Positions 61,979 through 64,000 of a stretch of 64,000 bases of DNA are shown here, piece by piece (the stretch's first letter is position 1; each line of letters begins with the position of its first letter). This DNA comes from Scyliorhinus canicula (taxonomy: Eukaryota). Under the pieces are notes generated by a model. The model ran no database searches and had not been told where the DNA came from. It saw nothing but the letters and a program-made list of their open reading frames with translations. The position numbers and the translations under genes were made by a program. The stretch lies in the NCBI RefSeq assembly GCF_902713615.1, contig NW_024055482.1, positions 248,001 to 312,000 of the forward strand, in the 5' to 3' direction.

Positions 61979-62201
61979 TTATGCAAGCCAAGCATGTTGA
62001 TTGCACTGTGAGTTGTTATCATTTGGAGTCTGGCGCAACAATTGGCGAGAGAAGAAGAATCAATAGAACATTTCAAAAGGTATTGTCAGAACTTGAGAAC
62101 GGAAAACCCCGCGGGATTTAAATGCAGGGTGAAAAGGCAGCGATTTAGCCCTGTCCTAAACAGCCCCAAAAAACATATCATCCAGGGGTGGAACATCAAT
62201 T

Positions 62202-62275
62202 CGTCTCTGGGTGGGATCGAACCACCAACCTTTCGGTTAACAGCCAAACGCGCTAACCGATTGCGCCACGGAGAC
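62202..62275 (-). tRNA. tRNA-Asn(GTT)
   Basis: 74 nt, GTCTCCGTGGCGCAATCGGTTAGCGCGTTTGGCT-GTT-AACCGAAAGGTTGGTGGTTCGATCCCACCCAGAGACG; intact cloverleaf. Confidence 0.95.
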
Positions 62276-62578
62276 GACAACAGGATCACAACTCTGTGTA
62301 TTTCAACAGTCACGGCCAATCCTCTGATTGCCAGGGACCGAATGAGAATGCTGGTAATATTGGTCCTGTGAGGCAGTGCGGAAAATACCTGGAAGGAGAG
62401 TACACATGGTCCCGCGGGCATAAAAAACGGTTTTTAATGAAAGGTGATGGTGAAAGACGAATTTTGTTGTCCTGTCGACAAATGCCGCCTGACTCCCTGA
62501 GAAGTTGCAGTACTTTTGGCGTTCTCCGCAGATGTTAGATTGATTTTCGATGGCAATGACATTAGCTTTTTTCGCGGG

Positions 62579-62667
62579 GGCTCGTTGGTCTAGGGATATG
62601 ATTCTCGCTTTGGGTGTCTCGCTGTCGGAATTTGTGAGAGTCCCGGGTTCAAATCCCGGACGAGCCC
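62579..62667 (+). tRNA. tRNA-Pro(TGG) with an 18-nt intron-like insertion at position 37/38
   Basis: GGCTCGTTGGTCTAGGG...CTCGC-TT-TGG-G-[TGTCTCGCTGTCGGAATT]-T-GTGAG...CCGGGTTCAAATCCCGGACGAGCCC. Confidence 0.8.
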
Positions 62668-62753
62668 TTCGATGAGGTTTTCCTTTGGTCAAGTAACATG
62701 TTTCTTCATTTCTTTGCGGCGTAGACGGCGGGATTCATTCACATGGGTTTGCT

Positions 62754-62853
62754 NNNNNNNNNNNNNNNNNNNNNNNNNNNNNNNNNNNNNNNNNNNNNNN
62801 NNNNNNNNNNNNNNNNNNNNNNNNNNNNNNNNNNNNNNNNNNNNNNNNNNNNN
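62754..62853. other. Assembly gap (100 N)
   Basis: Run of N. Confidence 1.
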
Positions 62854-64000
62854 GCTTCTCCACCCTGTGCCTCAGTGTGGCAGGGTGGAGGTCAGCTTCT
62901 CCACCCTGTGCCTCAGTGTGACGACATGGAGGTCAGCGTCTCCACCCTGTGCCTCGGTGTGGCGAGGTGGAGGTCAGCTTCTCCACCCTGTGCCTCGGGA
63001 TGGAGGTCAGCTTCTCCACCCTGTGCCTCAGTGTGACGGGGTGGAGGTCAGCTTCTCCACCCTGTGCCTCAGTGTGGCTGAATGGAGGTCAGCTTCTCCA
63101 CCCTGTGCCTCGGTGTGGCTGGGTGGGTGTCAGCTTCTCCACCTTGTGCCTCGGTGTGGCTGGGTGGAGGTCAGCTTCTCCACCCTGTGCCTCGGTGTGA
63201 AGGGGTCGAGGTCAGCCTCTCCACCCTGTGCCTCAGAATGGCGGGGTCGAGGTCAGCTTCTCCACCCTGTGCCTCAGTGTGGCTGGGTGGAGGTCAGCTT
63301 CTCCACCCTGTGCCTCGGTGTGGCTGGGTGGAGGTCAGCTTCTCCGCCCTGTGCCTCAGTGTGACGGGGTGGAGGTCAGCTTCTCCACCCTGTGCCTCGG
63401 TGTGATGGGGTGGAGGTCAGCGTCTCCACCCCGTGCCTCGGAGTGGCTGGGTGGAGGTCAGCTTCCCCACCCTGACCCTCGGTGTGGTGAGGTGGAGGTC
63501 AGCTTCTCCACCCTGTGCCTCAGTGTGACGGGATGGAGGTCAGCTTTTCCACCCTGTGCCTCGGTGTGATGGGGTGGAGGTCAGCTTCTCCACCCTGTGC
63601 CTCGGTGTGACGGGATGGAGGTCAGCGTCTCCACCCTGTGCCTCGGAGTGATGGGGTGGAGGCCAGCTTCTCCACCCTGTGCCTCAGTGAGACGGGGTGG
63701 AGGTCAGCTTCTCCACCCTGTGCCTCGGTGTGATGGGGTGGTCAGCTTCTCCACCCTGTGCCTCGGTGTGGCGGGGTGGAGGTCAGCTTCTCCACCCTGT
63801 TCCTCAGTGTGACGGGGTGGAGGTCAGCTTCTCCACCCTGTGCCTCGGTGTGATGGGGTGGAGGTCAACTTCTCCACCCTGTGCCTCGGTGTGGCGGGGT
63901 GGAGGTCAGCTTCTCCACCCTGTGCCTCAGTGTGACGGGATGGAGGTCAGCTTTTCCACCCTGTGCCTCGGTGTGATGGGGTGGAGGTCAGCTTCTCCAC
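62854..64000. repeat. 41-bp tandem satellite with internal hairpin, running off the window end
   Basis: Unit GCTTCTCCACCCTGTGCCTCAGTGTGACGGGGTGGAGGTCA. GGGTGGAG/CTCCACCC inverted pair. The 41-aa periodicity of the ORFs equals three units. Confidence 0.95.

Noticed and set aside
62672-63812. Long repeat-rich ORFs spanning or following the gap
   Set aside because: Translations of N-run plus the 41-bp satellite.

Overview
Repeat-rich eukaryotic DNA from a shark or other elasmobranch, inferred from the V-SINE/HE1-type SINEs, CR1/L1/L2/Rex LINEs and shark-type Ig genes. It looks like part of a TCR alpha/delta antigen-receptor locus. Plus strand: a NAR-TCR cassette with leader, IgNAR-like V and 23-type RSS (8338-8855), one 12/12-RSS D (9207-9221), a J (9600-9652) and a leaderless supporting TCR-delta V (13476-13781). 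The RSS of that supporting V is amplified into a tandem array of eight 23-RSSs (13782-14239). Minus strand, converging on the cassette: a complete IgM heavy-chain cluster whose VDJ is already joined in the genome (49054-49601), followed by CH1-CH4, a secretory tail, TM1 and TM2. The V exon has a 4-bp frameshift and the secretory tail is disrupted, but the other exons are open. A two-exon GPR139-like class A GPCR with a mutated splice acceptor lies between the two. The left end carries a full-length decayed hAT transposon and a possible SAMD9-like remnant. The right end carries an L1, a tRNA cluster including a tRNA-Pro(TGG) with an intron-like insertion, a 100-N gap and a 41-bp satellite. All alignments and family assignments were made by eye and from memory; no searches were run, and repeat boundaries are approximate.
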